64,000 nt of DNA, from positions 200,440 to 264,439 of the forward strand of contig JAOPTX010000007.1 in assembly GCA_051532055.1 (NCBI GenBank), in the 5' to 3' direction. The translations under genes and the position numbers were made by a program. Below the pieces are notes generated by a model. It had not been told where the DNA came from. It ran no database searches and saw only the letters and a list, made by a program, of their open reading frames with translations. Within the stretch, counting starts at the first letter, position 1. Each line of letters begins with the position of its first letter. Below are positions 22,791-32,523 of the stretch, one piece after another. This DNA comes from Fibrobacterales bacterium. GTDB lineage: Bacteria > Fibrobacterota > Fibrobacteria > Fibrobacterales > JAOPTW01.

Positions 22791-22820
22791 AAAAAAATCG
22801 AGCAATGTCCTTTTAATATC

Positions 22821-23102
22821 CTACGCAGCAACCTCTTCTAAAAATTTATTCTGGGCATAATAACCCGCTGCAATTTTCTCTTCTACCGACTGTATCTTTC
22901 CCTCACGAATATCAGGAAGCGAATCTATTCTCTTTCTGATACTTTCAATCTCCTGATTGAGAATTGACATTTTACGTCCAGAGTCAGAAATCTCTGCTGA
23001 GTCCTGCACTTCCAACGGAGAGTTACTACTGCTCTTCCCTGCCCTCTCATCAAAATAAGAGGGCTTGTTTACAGAAGAAGCGCCTACATTTGATATATCC
23101 AT
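22821..23102 (-). CDS. flgM: Anti-sigma-28 factor FlgM-like
   Basis: 93 aa, low-complexity N-terminus, DSAEIS, LPDIREGKIQSVEEKIAAGYY. Confidence 0.72.
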   Translation of the reverse strand: MDISNVGASSVNKPSYFDERAGKSSSNSPLEVQDSAEISDSGRKMSILNQEIESIRKRIDSLPDIREGKIQSVEEKIAAGYYAQNKFLEEVAA

Positions 23103-23137
23103 GGTAATGAATCCTTGTTTCTCACTATTTACTTATA

Positions 23138-23165
23138 TTTTCGACAGAAAATTAGGCAAACTTGA
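23138..23165 (-). promoter_or_regulatory. Putative sigma-28 (FliA) promoter
   Basis: Minus strand TCAAG-N15-GTCGAAAA upstream of flgM; imperfect match to TAAA-N15-GCCGATAA. Confidence 0.45.
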
Positions 23166-23211
23166 TTGCTTAAATGAAAACCCTGTATGTTAACTACTAT
23201 TTTACATTACT

Positions 23212-24000
23212 ATGAATAAATTCCTCCAAAAAGCCATCGACCTTGCCCGTGAAGCAGGAGCCCTCGCCCTTGCAAAACAGCGACATCTCACAGAGATTCA
23301 CTACAAAGATCCCAAAGACATTGTCACTGATGCCGATATCGCCTGTGACCAATTGATCCGTAGGGGCCTCATTGAAGCTTTCCCCGAACATAATATTCTT
23401 ACCGAAGAACATGGCCTCATTGACAATCAATCAGAGTACACTTGGGTAATCGACCCTATAGACGGCACTGTGAACTATTCACGAGGCATGCCACTTTGGG
23501 GCATATCCATTGGACTTCTCCATAAAGGCATTCCCATTCTTGGTGTCGTAAACCATGCAGCTCTAGACGACCTTTATACTGCAATTCAAGGAGAAGGCGC
23601 ATTCTGTAATGGAAGAGCCATATCGGTGAGTACCGTAACTGATACCCATCAGTGTATTATCAATAACGGTGACTTCAATGTAGGATCCGGACATAACCCC
23701 GAAGCGATCCAAGAGCACACCTTCAAGAACTATCACAACCAAGCCCCTCACTTTCAACGCATGAAAACCTTTGGATCTGCGGTACTTGAAGCTGGATGGG
23801 TTGCATGCGGAAGACTCGACGCCTACTGTATGACTATGTCATTCCCTTGGGATATTGTGGCAATTACCGTAATTGTCCAAGAAGCTGGCGGTACGGTAAC
23901 CAACATGGATGGCTCTCCACTCACAATTGTCGATGGCGCAAAAGTTATTTTTAGCAACAGCCACATCCACAATGAAATAGTGAGCATTCTCAATAATTGA
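23212..24000 (+). CDS. Inositol monophosphatase family (SuhB-like)
   Basis: DIVTDAD, EE, WVIDPIDGTVNY, GSA, WDIVA. Confidence 0.9.
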   Translation: MNKFLQKAIDLAREAGALALAKQRHLTEIHYKDPKDIVTDADIACDQLIRRGLIEAFPEHNILTEEHGLIDNQSEYTWVIDPIDGTVNYSRGMPLWGISIGLLHKGIPILGVVNHAALDDLYTAIQGEGAFCNGRAISVSTVTDTHQCIINNGDFNVGSGHNPEAIQEHTFKNYHNQAPHFQRMKTFGSAVLEAGWVACGRLDAYCMTMSFPWDIVAITVIVQEAGGTVTNMDGSPLTIVDGAKVIFSNSHIHNEIVSILNN

Positions 24001-24089
24001 CAATTTAAGCAATTAAAGTAAGCATAAAAATCCCCCAAAACCCAATTAAATTCAGTATACTGTATCTACATATTTGAATTGGGTCTACT

Positions 24090-26645
24090 ATGTTTTTCCG
24101 GAAATTTATTCTCCCTGTAGTGAGCATCTTTATTTTTTGCGCTACCATTCTCACCGCTATTCCTCTTTTTTTACCAGAAACAGGCATCAACCTTTTTCTA
24201 ATCCTTACCCAAAGTATCTGTATCTCACTAGGCGCCGTAGTTACCCTAACCATTTTTGGCTTCATACGGCAGAAATACCCTAAGAATCAATCAAACAATC
24301 AAACAATCACGAAACCATTTCGCAAAATCACCTCTATTCAATATCAATCAGCATCCATTTTTATTCTTCTTTCAATACTCCCCATGATTGTCATTGGGTT
24401 CTTTTTCAACACCCATCTTGAGTCCACATTTAAAGATGAAACCCTTCGCAGCAAACAAGAGAGCCTTCAGTGGTCCCAACTTGAATTAACCAATACACTG
24501 TACACTCTACAACGAACACTTCTCCAGTCAGCGCAGTCCAATGAAGTGAAAAAACTGTTTACCAGAACCCTAGCTGGAGGCCGGCCCCTCTCGAAGACCG
24601 AAATTACAGCCCAGCAAAGTCAAATTTACAACAGCACCTATATCGACCTCTTTACAATACCTATCATTCGCACCGATTTTATAAAACCAAATGGTTCGCT
24701 CATCTTTAGTTTCGATCACTCCAACTACACCTTTGTACATCAATACTCCTTTAAGCAGACAAACAAAAACATAGCTCTTCAGGGCCGCAAACGATCAGCA
24801 GGTGAAATCATCCTCCATCAAGAACACCCATCCTCTAATGCCACTCTAAAAGAAAACACCCTGCTACTGCATATCGCTACCCCTGTAGTGAGTAATAAAA
24901 AAATTAGCGGTTATATCGTACAACACCTCTCTGTTTATGCACTCCTTTCATCCATTGCAACCATCGCAAACGAATCCTTCATCATGCTCTCAGATCAAAA
25001 CTACAACTACTATTATTCTCAATTCAACACAGAGGCATCACAAAAACTCTGGAAAAAATTTTTTGAATGGCCCCAACAAATACTTCACAACCAAAACAGC
25101 TCACTCCAACCAACCGACAATTCAACTTATATCTTTCACGCAACCACTCATATTAATCTGAAAGATCAAAAACAAAAATGGCTCATAAGCAGTACCATTA
25201 ACGCCAATGCCCACATGAAAAAAGCATCACTTTTTAGCACAGTGCTGGTCTCATTTATTATCGGCATGGGATGTATTGTCTTTGGACTTTCGATCCTTGT
25301 CGCCCACTACTGGAGTACGCCCCTGCTGCAACTATCAGGCGTGGCAGAAAAACTAAAACGAGGCGATTACACAGTGCGCTCTTCAATAAATCGGAGTGAT
25401 GAAATCGGTCTTCTCTCAACGACGTTCAATAGCATGGCCGAAAAGGTTGAGCACTATACCACTGATCTCGAGAGTACCGTAGCTGAAAGAACGAATCAAT
25501 ATAATCATGCCCGTGAAAAAGCAGAGGCTATTAGTGCAGCAAAAAGTCGGTTCCTCGCTCATATTTCTCAAGAAATCAGAACACCAATGAACAGCATTGT
25601 TGGCTCATCTTCACTCCTTAAAGAGGTACATTTAGATAAGGAGCACAACGGCTATGTTTCTATAATAAACGACTCAACTCAAGCGCTTCTCAATGTTGTC
25701 AATGACATTATTGACTTTTCGAGAATTGAAAACAATACCCTTGAGATCGAATCCATTCCTTTTCAACTCAATACGATCTTGGAACTCGTCCATGCACATT
25801 TTATGCCTCTTGCAGAAGAGAAAGGACTGGCCTTCGTATTACAGACCCCAGAGAAAAACCCAGTAACCCTCATTGGTGATGCAACCCGCATAAAACAAGT
25901 CCTCTTTAACCTCGTTTCAAATGCCATCAAATTTACTCATACAGGTAGTGTAATATTAGCCGCTGAACACACTTTTATTAATGACCACTATATCATTACC
26001 TTCATGGTTACCGACACCGGTATTGGTATTCCAGAAAAATATAGAGAAAACATCTTTTTTAGCTTCACTCAGGCGGAGCCTACCACCGATGAACAATATG
26101 GTGGTATCGGACTTGGACTTTCCCTCTGCAAACATCTTACAGAACTGATGGGAGGCACTCTTTCTATCAAAAGTAAAGAGCAGAGCGGATCAACCTTTAC
26201 CGTATCCTTAACCTTAAAAGCATCAGATACACAGCTTTCAGAAATGCCGTCACCAGCAATGGATAAGAATCGTAATTATCAGAAATCAATACTCCTTGTT
26301 GAAGACAACAAAGTCAACCAAGTTGTAACCCAAAAGAGCCTCGTACAAATGGGGCTCACCGTCACCATTGCCGAACAGGGTGAACACGCGCTCGACCTTT
26401 TACAAACACACAACTACGATCTCATTTTTATGGACATACAAATGCCTATCATGGACGGACTTACCGCGACACGAGCCATACGAGCACAACTAAAACTCAC
26501 AACACCCATTGTCGCAATGACCGCCCTTGCCCTCAAAGAAAACCGCCTCAAATGCTTTGAAGCGGGGATGGATGGCTTTATATCAAAACCACTCACCAAA
26601 GAAGATATCATTATTGAATTAGACCGCTGGTTTCATACACAATAA
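24090..26645 (+). CDS. Hybrid sensor kinase/response regulator with degenerate H-box
   Basis: TMs, periplasmic domain, HAMP, FLAHISQEIRTPMN, NLVSNAIKFT, DTGIGI, GGIGLGL, receiver domain with MDIQMP. Confidence 0.88.
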   Translation: MFFRKFILPVVSIFIFCATILTAIPLFLPETGINLFLILTQSICISLGAVVTLTIFGFIRQKYPKNQSNNQTITKPFRKITSIQYQSASIFILLSILPMIVIGFFFNTHLESTFKDETLRSKQESLQWSQLELTNTLYTLQRTLLQSAQSNEVKKLFTRTLAGGRPLSKTEITAQQSQIYNSTYIDLFTIPIIRTDFIKPNGSLIFSFDHSNYTFVHQYSFKQTNKNIALQGRKRSAGEIILHQEHPSSNATLKENTLLLHIATPVVSNKKISGYIVQHLSVYALLSSIATIANESFIMLSDQNYNYYYSQFNTEASQKLWKKFFEWPQQILHNQNSSLQPTDNSTYIFHATTHINLKDQKQKWLISSTINANAHMKKASLFSTVLVSFIIGMGCIVFGLSILVAHYWSTPLLQLSGVAEKLKRGDYTVRSSINRSDEIGLLSTTFNSMAEKVEHYTTDLESTVAERTNQYNHAREKAEAISAAKSRFLAHISQEIRTPMNSIVGSSSLLKEVHLDKEHNGYVSIINDSTQALLNVVNDIIDFSRIENNTLEIESIPFQLNTILELVHAHFMPLAEEKGLAFVLQTPEKNPVTLIGDATRIKQVLFNLVSNAIKFTHTGSVILAAEHTFINDHYIITFMVTDTGIGIPEKYRENIFFSFTQAEPTTDEQYGGIGLGLSLCKHLTELMGGTLSIKSKEQSGSTFTVSLTLKASDTQLSEMPSPAMDKNRNYQKSILLVEDNKVNQVVTQKSLVQMGLTVTIAEQGEHALDLLQTHNYDLIFMDIQMPIMDGLTATRAIRAQLKLTTPIVAMTALALKENRLKCFEAGMDGFISKPLTKEDIIIELDRWFHTQ

Positions 26646-26652
26646 CTGAGTA

Positions 26653-27903
26653 CTATGTATTTAACACCTCTTCACCCTCTGTTTTTGCAATAAGTACTGC
26701 ACCGCACGAATCACTCCACACATTAACAGAGGTTCTACACATATCTAATATTCTATCCACTGCGAGAATCAATCCTATTCCTTCAGCCGGAAGCCCTATT
26801 GCCCCAAGAATAATCACAATAGCTACAAGGCTCGCCGAAGGAATGCCCGCAACACCAATAGAAGTGAGGAGCGCCACCAAAACAATAATAAACTGAGTAG
26901 CTATGTCAATTTCAAGCCCATAGGCCTGTGCGATAAACATTGCTGCCACACATTCATAAAGCGCTGTTCCATCCATATTAACTGTAGCACCGAGCGGGAG
27001 TACAAAACTAGTTACCTTTTTTGAGGCGCCAGATCTTTTCACACACTCCATAGTCTCAGGTAGCGTAGCCGATGAAGAACTTGTAGAAAATGCAGTTAAC
27101 AGTGCTGGACTCATATTGCGAAAATGCAATTTTGGACTGAGACCAAAAAACTTCAACATTACAGGCATACTCACAAACATATGAACAAGTAGTGCACCAA
27201 GCACGGTAAAAAAGAAGAGTGTGAGAGGTTCAATTGCATCAAGTCCCGTTTTTGAAACCGTCTTCGCGATAAGTCCAAATACTCCCAAAGGCGCAAAACG
27301 CATAACTAAATGGGTCATCTTGAGCATCACTTCATAGATACCATTCCAAAAGGTGAGCTGTAAATCACTATACTCCTTTTTGATACGCATCATAAAGAAG
27401 CCAAATAAGAGACTAAATGTTATAAGACCAAGCATCTGACCCTTGGCAGCAGCGCTCACTATATTGGGCGGGACCATCCTCAGAAAAATTGCAACGATAT
27501 CAGAAGCACCTTTACCTTCAACTGCCTGTACCTTCGAAGCTGTCATTTCACTAAATCCCAATATTTCTTTGGCAGGCACCCCATCAATGATACCTGGTTG
27601 CGTAATATTGACTATAATTAAGCCCGTTACAATTGCAATAAAACTGGTAAAGGCATAATAACCAACAGTCTTTAACCCCAATCGTGCAAACCCTTTCTCG
27701 GTTCCAATATTCGATATCCCCGATATAATTGCTGACACAATAAGGGGCACTATGAGCATTTTAAGGGCATTTATGAAAAATGTGCCTAAGAATTCAAAAG
27801 TTGCCAACAAAGCAACAGATTCAATCTCTTTATACAGAAACCCAAAAGGCACCGCCAAGACAATTGCAATTAAGATCTGCCAATGTAATTTTAACTTTAA
27901 CAT
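26653..27903 (-). CDS. Dicarboxylate/amino acid:cation symporter (GltP/DAACS)
   Basis: FSTSSSSATLP, PLGATVNMDGTALY, DRILDMCRT. Confidence 0.93.
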   Translation of the reverse strand: MLKLKLHWQILIAIVLAVPFGFLYKEIESVALLATFEFLGTFFINALKMLIVPLIVSAIISGISNIGTEKGFARLGLKTVGYYAFTSFIAIVTGLIIVNITQPGIIDGVPAKEILGFSEMTASKVQAVEGKGASDIVAIFLRMVPPNIVSAAAKGQMLGLITFSLLFGFFMMRIKKEYSDLQLTFWNGIYEVMLKMTHLVMRFAPLGVFGLIAKTVSKTGLDAIEPLTLFFFTVLGALLVHMFVSMPVMLKFFGLSPKLHFRNMSPALLTAFSTSSSSATLPETMECVKRSGASKKVTSFVLPLGATVNMDGTALYECVAAMFIAQAYGLEIDIATQFIIVLVALLTSIGVAGIPSASLVAIVIILGAIGLPAEGIGLILAVDRILDMCRTSVNVWSDSCGAVLIAKTEGEEVLNT

Positions 27904-28052
27904 AGATTACCGCTCACTCTGATATATGTTCATTTTAAATAGTATAGTTTAATCAACCCTATCACTTTGGAAAAATAGTGCTCTGCCCCTTAAGGATAGA
28001 GAGTTATTTGCTACATTGAAATCCATACTACCCCATGCAGATCAGGTATATA

Positions 28053-29954
28053 ATGAAAATATTCATACAAATCTCCTTAGTATGTATCGCCCTATTCTTC
28101 ACCACCCACTGTAATCTCTTTGAATCATTCGTTGAAACTGAAGAGAGCAACTATGACAATTTACTGATTAAAGGTAATGATGCGTTTAGTTCCGGAAAAT
28201 ATGAGTCAGCCTCTCAATATTACGTCGAAGCTCAATCAGCCGATCCTTCACGATCAGAAGCATGGGTCTTCCATGCAAAGGCCGTGATGCGCCTCTATGG
28301 CCTTGAATACAGCACTATCAATGATGAAATCAAAAGAAAATCTGATGGAGAACTCGGGCTCCCATTTATCAATAAGTGTGATGCTTCAAATCTAGACTGT
28401 ATTGATAGCATCTTTTATCCTATCGCCTTAACCGTTCGAAACTTAGAATACGTTACCAAAGGCACAGACACTGCAAGCCAAGGAATGATTGGTGAAGAAG
28501 TAGTAGTACTAGACGTAGCCCTTCTTCAAGGGATGGCCTCTATGCTTAACCCACTTGATCTTGATAATAATTTACATATCGACACCCTCTGCGGCTATGA
28601 CATCTGTGGCTCAAATGCATCTGGTTGTTCCAATAATCCCGCTGGTCTCATGGACTACACATCAAAATGCCCCTACGGAGCAAAGAGTGAACTCAAGCGA
28701 TATCAATCATTTAGAACCCTTACCGAAGCACTGAATATTGATGACCTCCAATCAGATGCTATCGAAGCAAAAGACATTTCACGAAACCCCAATGAGATAA
28801 ATCAGTTTATCGATGACATAGCACTCCCTGCTAAATCTTCCCGTGATAACCTCGGAAAAGTAAACTCTGCAATTGATCAACATGCTGATGATAAATCACT
28901 TGGGGAACAACTGAGTGATGTAACCGAGATCATTGATAACCTCGTCTCATTCGTTCAGTATTACAAAAACAACGATACCCTCGATAATGATTTCGATTAC
29001 CCCTCAGAAAATACTCCTGATAGCATAATGACCTGGCATGACTTTGACGGCGACAATAGCATTCGTTATGACTACACTGACTCTCTGAGAAACATAGTAG
29101 GCGTAACGTCCTTTAAATCTCGGATGGGGTCAATAGGACACCCGGTTCACCGACATGCTCATCCAAGCCTCTATTATACTATGGAGGAGTTCGGAGCACA
29201 ACTCGAATCTAAAACAGATTCCACAACACAGTTTAATCGCACTAAAAACATGGTCGACCACTGTAAATCAGTCACTCGATCTCAATCGGGTATCAGCAAT
29301 GACCTTGAAGATCTCATAAAAGACTCAACCTGTACACAAATTTCATCGGTTCTTAAAGAAGGTACGACTCCCCCAAGCCAAAGTGACTGGATCTCTGGCC
29401 CCTTTGGTATTGATGAAGAAATCCTCGATGATTATGATAATGATTTTGATGGTATTAAAAATGAAGATAGCCGCCTCGCCATTGGAATGGACGACGATAC
29501 TGACGCTCTATTCGCTACTCAGTCTCCTCACCCTGTTACTCCTATGGTATGGATTGATGGCAATGGCAATAATTGCATCGACATCGACACCACCGTGGCA
29601 CAAGCAAGTACCGAACGAACATTCTGTATCGGCACCCTTGAACACCGCCTCTACCTTGCTCAAAACGTTCCTGATTCACTCGACGTCTACTACAAACCTT
29701 TTGATCTTGATGATCACCCCGATTTTCAAGATGAATGCATGGCAGATGTACTCTTTTTTGAACTCTCTGCACTGTTTAGTACAGAGATCATTACCTTAGC
29801 CTGCACCGTGGGACATCACTGGGCACTTGATCGGCCGGCGCTATCTGAATGGACCAGTGGCACCTTCGGTATTGATGAAGAAAAAATCGATGGCATCGAT
29901 AATGATGGTGATGGATATATTGATGAAGACGTTTCTGCACTGGAGGTTAACTAA
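28053..29954 (+). CDS. Lipoprotein with N-terminal TPR-like region and acidic DxDNDxDG...DED motifs
   Basis: Lipobox-like FFTTHC, TPR-like helices, repeated SxWxSGxFGIDEE..D..DND.DG...ED, many Cys. Confidence 0.65.
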   Translation: MKIFIQISLVCIALFFTTHCNLFESFVETEESNYDNLLIKGNDAFSSGKYESASQYYVEAQSADPSRSEAWVFHAKAVMRLYGLEYSTINDEIKRKSDGELGLPFINKCDASNLDCIDSIFYPIALTVRNLEYVTKGTDTASQGMIGEEVVVLDVALLQGMASMLNPLDLDNNLHIDTLCGYDICGSNASGCSNNPAGLMDYTSKCPYGAKSELKRYQSFRTLTEALNIDDLQSDAIEAKDISRNPNEINQFIDDIALPAKSSRDNLGKVNSAIDQHADDKSLGEQLSDVTEIIDNLVSFVQYYKNNDTLDNDFDYPSENTPDSIMTWHDFDGDNSIRYDYTDSLRNIVGVTSFKSRMGSIGHPVHRHAHPSLYYTMEEFGAQLESKTDSTTQFNRTKNMVDHCKSVTRSQSGISNDLEDLIKDSTCTQISSVLKEGTTPPSQSDWISGPFGIDEEILDDYDNDFDGIKNEDSRLAIGMDDDTDALFATQSPHPVTPMVWIDGNGNNCIDIDTTVAQASTERTFCIGTLEHRLYLAQNVPDSLDVYYKPFDLDDHPDFQDECMADVLFFELSALFSTEIITLACTVGHHWALDRPALSEWTSGTFGIDEEKIDGIDNDGDGYIDEDVSALEVN

Positions 29955-31027
29955 TGCGTATTACAATAATGACCCTTATACTTTTTGCTCAACTCGCTTT
30001 GGCAAACCCAATTGACTACTACCGTGGTGAGAAATCTCAGGCGATGGGACAAACTGGGGTCGCCTCTCTGAGCGGTCACCACTCTCTCTCACTTAACCCT
30101 GCACTTCTCGCCAACTATACAAGCTGGAATGTAGATCTCTTCTCTACAATTGGAGTAAATGGCGTCTTAGTCGACTACGCAGATTGGCTCGTCGATAATT
30201 CGAGTAACATTTCAGACTTTGATACACTCATGACCAAACTCGACCCAATTGACAACAAATGGGCCCCTTTTCTGGTACATGGTGGATTAGGTGTACAAAT
30301 TAAACAATTTGCCCTTAACTTCACTTGGAATACCTATACACGAGTAGCCATGACCAAAGCTCCTATTACACCAGTACTCGGCGTTGGAGCGCGCACCAAC
30401 TTCAAACTTATTTCTGGATATGGCTTAGAGATCAATCCAGGACTCTCTCTAGGTGTTGCACTCTATGGTAAATACTCTATCATCTATAAAGATCGCTATC
30501 TTGGCACCACCAGTGAAGACTTTTGGACAGTGTACAATACCATGAATAGTGATGATAAAAGTACTTGGTCAAAAATCACCGTCGCAGAAGAAATCGCCGA
30601 TACCAAAATGAACTTTGGCGGCAACATAGGAGTCACTAAAGAGATTGGCTCATACATGACTACTGCTTTTTCTTTGATAGACATTGGAGAGAGTGCCTCT
30701 CCAAATCTCGCCTTTAATGCCCACTATCAACTCGGTAAAAGCGACACATTTCACACACTATTTGACGGCAATATTGATTGGCAACAGATGTTTATCAGTG
30801 ACCATATCTATCAACAATTTAAACTTGGTACGTCAGCATCATTGAGTAATGGCAACAGAAGAGTAGGGTATATTGCTGCAGGTTTAAATGATGGGTACCC
30901 AACCTTTGGCATTCAAGCAGGATACGGCTTTTATGTAACCTATACCTATTTCACTCAAGAAACAGGAACGTATCCAGGGCAGCGCCCACTGACGTTTCAC
31001 AAACTGACATTAGAAATAGGGATTTAA
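29954..31027 (+). CDS. Outer-membrane beta-barrel (TraF/FadL/PorV-like)
   Basis: Signal peptide, AMGQTGVA...NPALLA plug motif, GLNDGYPTFG. Start overlaps the upstream stop (TAATG). Confidence 0.6.
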   Translation: MRITIMTLILFAQLALANPIDYYRGEKSQAMGQTGVASLSGHHSLSLNPALLANYTSWNVDLFSTIGVNGVLVDYADWLVDNSSNISDFDTLMTKLDPIDNKWAPFLVHGGLGVQIKQFALNFTWNTYTRVAMTKAPITPVLGVGARTNFKLISGYGLEINPGLSLGVALYGKYSIIYKDRYLGTTSEDFWTVYNTMNSDDKSTWSKITVAEEIADTKMNFGGNIGVTKEIGSYMTTAFSLIDIGESASPNLAFNAHYQLGKSDTFHTLFDGNIDWQQMFISDHIYQQFKLGTSASLSNGNRRVGYIAAGLNDGYPTFGIQAGYGFYVTYTYFTQETGTYPGQRPLTFHKLTLEIGI

Positions 31028-31509
31028 AGTTCTGGCGGAATGTAGGGTACGGTTCTCAAGCAAAGCCTTGCCACTTCTTCCCAGTCTAGATCTTTAGGTT
31101 GATTCCCGTTTTTAAGCATTCTCAATTTTGGCAAAAACCGGTTATGTCGGAGTGACTCGAGTACCACCTGTTTCTCTTTAAAAGGGAGAAAACTGAAATT
31201 TTCGATAATATCAGGATGTACCTTTTTCAGGAACTTAAACTGATAGGGTACAGGAAAGTGGTATTTCCAACAGTCTGTAAGTCCTTGTAAATAAGCATGC
31301 CAGTTGATGCCGCCCCGTACGAAAAAAAGCCGTGGCTCTATTGATAACGCATCTGTTGCATCAATCAATGCAATATCACTCAGGTACAGGTACTTTATAA
31401 CCCCTTGTCGCTGAGTAACTGAGCCATCTTCTTCTAACACATCGAGAGTCACCGTTGGCCCATTATAGTAAATGGGAGTGCGCTTGGTTTTATTGTTAGA
31501 GTGACTCAT
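31024..31509 (-). CDS. Hypothetical protein
   Basis: 161-aa ORF with no recognised motif. Confidence 0.55.
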   Translation of the reverse strand: MSHSNNKTKRTPIYYNGPTVTLDVLEEDGSVTQRQGVIKYLYLSDIALIDATDALSIEPRLFFVRGGINWHAYLQGLTDCWKYHFPVPYQFKFLKKVHPDIIENFSFLPFKEKQVVLESLRHNRFLPKLRMLKNGNQPKDLDWEEVARLCLRTVPYIPPEL

Positions 31510-31531
31510 ATCTGCTTAGTTTAAAGGAGTG

Positions 31532-31678
31532 TTACGCCGCCTGTGTCGTAATGCGATTCTTTACAATTCTTTCATACTCATAAGAAGTTATTGAGACGGC
31601 CTTACATACTGCCCCCTTCTCGATGCCAGCTCGAATGAGCGCAGCAGCTAACCCCTCATTATCTCTCACTTTATACAT
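31532..31678 (-). CDS. 48-aa small protein, HTH-like (not in the ORF track)
   Basis: MYKVRDNEGLAAALIRAGIEKGAVCKAVSITSYEYERIVKNRITTQAA*, preceded by GAGGTG. Confidence 0.6.
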   Translation of the reverse strand: MYKVRDNEGLAAALIRAGIEKGAVCKAVSITSYEYERIVKNRITTQAA

Positions 31679-31749
31679 ATGCACCTCACTATAGATTCTA
31701 TGACACAATATAGATTAGTGCACAAGTGTTCACTATCAATTTTTAGTAC

Positions 31750-32400
31750 TTAACTCATTTTTTCACAAAAATCTTTACACGCTTGAACAACATCCTCTTG
31801 TCCAAAAACCGCGGAACCTGCCACAAAAATATTTGCTCCTGCATCTTGGACCTCTTTAATGTTTTCAAGTTTGATCCCGCCATCAACTTCGATATCAAGA
31901 TCAGGTTTCAGGGCGCGAATCGCTTTCACCTTTTCTAAGGTGTAAGGAATAAGTTTTTGACCACCAAAACCAGGATTCACCGACATGATTAACACCATAT
32001 CAACAATATCTAAAATCGGTTCAATCGCAGAGATAGGTGTGCCAGGATTGATTGAAACACCAGCCTTTGCACCGAGTTCTTTAATAAGATTTATCGTTCT
32101 GTCTGCGTGGTTGGTGCTCTCAATTTGAAAGGTGACAATATCGGCTCCAGCCTTTATAAATTCAGGGATGTATCGACTTGGCTCATCAATCATTAAATGA
32201 CAATCAAACGGCAAATCAGTTACTTTTCTTAACCCTTTAATAACAACAGGACCAAAAGAAATATTCGGTACAAAATGTCCATCCATAATATCGAGATGAA
32301 TAAAACCGGCACCCCCAAGCTCTGCTTCCTTGATGTCTTTTGCAAGGTTAGAAAAGTCGGCACTTAAAATACTGGGTGATAATACAGGAGTTAGTGGCAT
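31750..32400 (-). CDS. rpe: Ribulose-phosphate 3-epimerase
   Basis: SPSILSADF, HLDIMDGHFVPN, MSVNPGFGGQ, EVDGGI. Confidence 0.95.
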   Translation of the reverse strand: MPLTPVLSPSILSADFSNLAKDIKEAELGGAGFIHLDIMDGHFVPNISFGPVVIKGLRKVTDLPFDCHLMIDEPSRYIPEFIKAGADIVTFQIESTNHADRTINLIKELGAKAGVSINPGTPISAIEPILDIVDMVLIMSVNPGFGGQKLIPYTLEKVKAIRALKPDLDIEVDGGIKLENIKEVQDAGANIFVAGSAVFGQEDVVQACKDFCEKMS

Positions 32401-32523
32401 ATTGTACACTTTGGGTTATAAATTTATGTGACACAAAAATAAAAAATTCACACTTTTTTTGCCCAACCCAATCGCCATCTATAGTATGTTTTACTTATTA
32501 GCACTTCATTTTAGGATATAACC

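Noticed and set aside
22416..22820. tRNA-Arg as an integration site for an island
   Set aside because: No integrase and no duplicated tRNA 3' end seen in the window.
29383..29935. Repeated nucleotide segments (cctttggtattgatgaagaa / ccttcggtattgatgaagaa) as CRISPR or DGR TR/VR
   Set aside because: They are in-frame protein repeats, only two copies, with no reverse transcriptase or cas genes and no adenine-specific mismatch pattern.
29954..31027. TraF-like barrel as evidence of a conjugative element
   Set aside because: No T4SS, relaxase or other tra genes; such barrels occur chromosomally.
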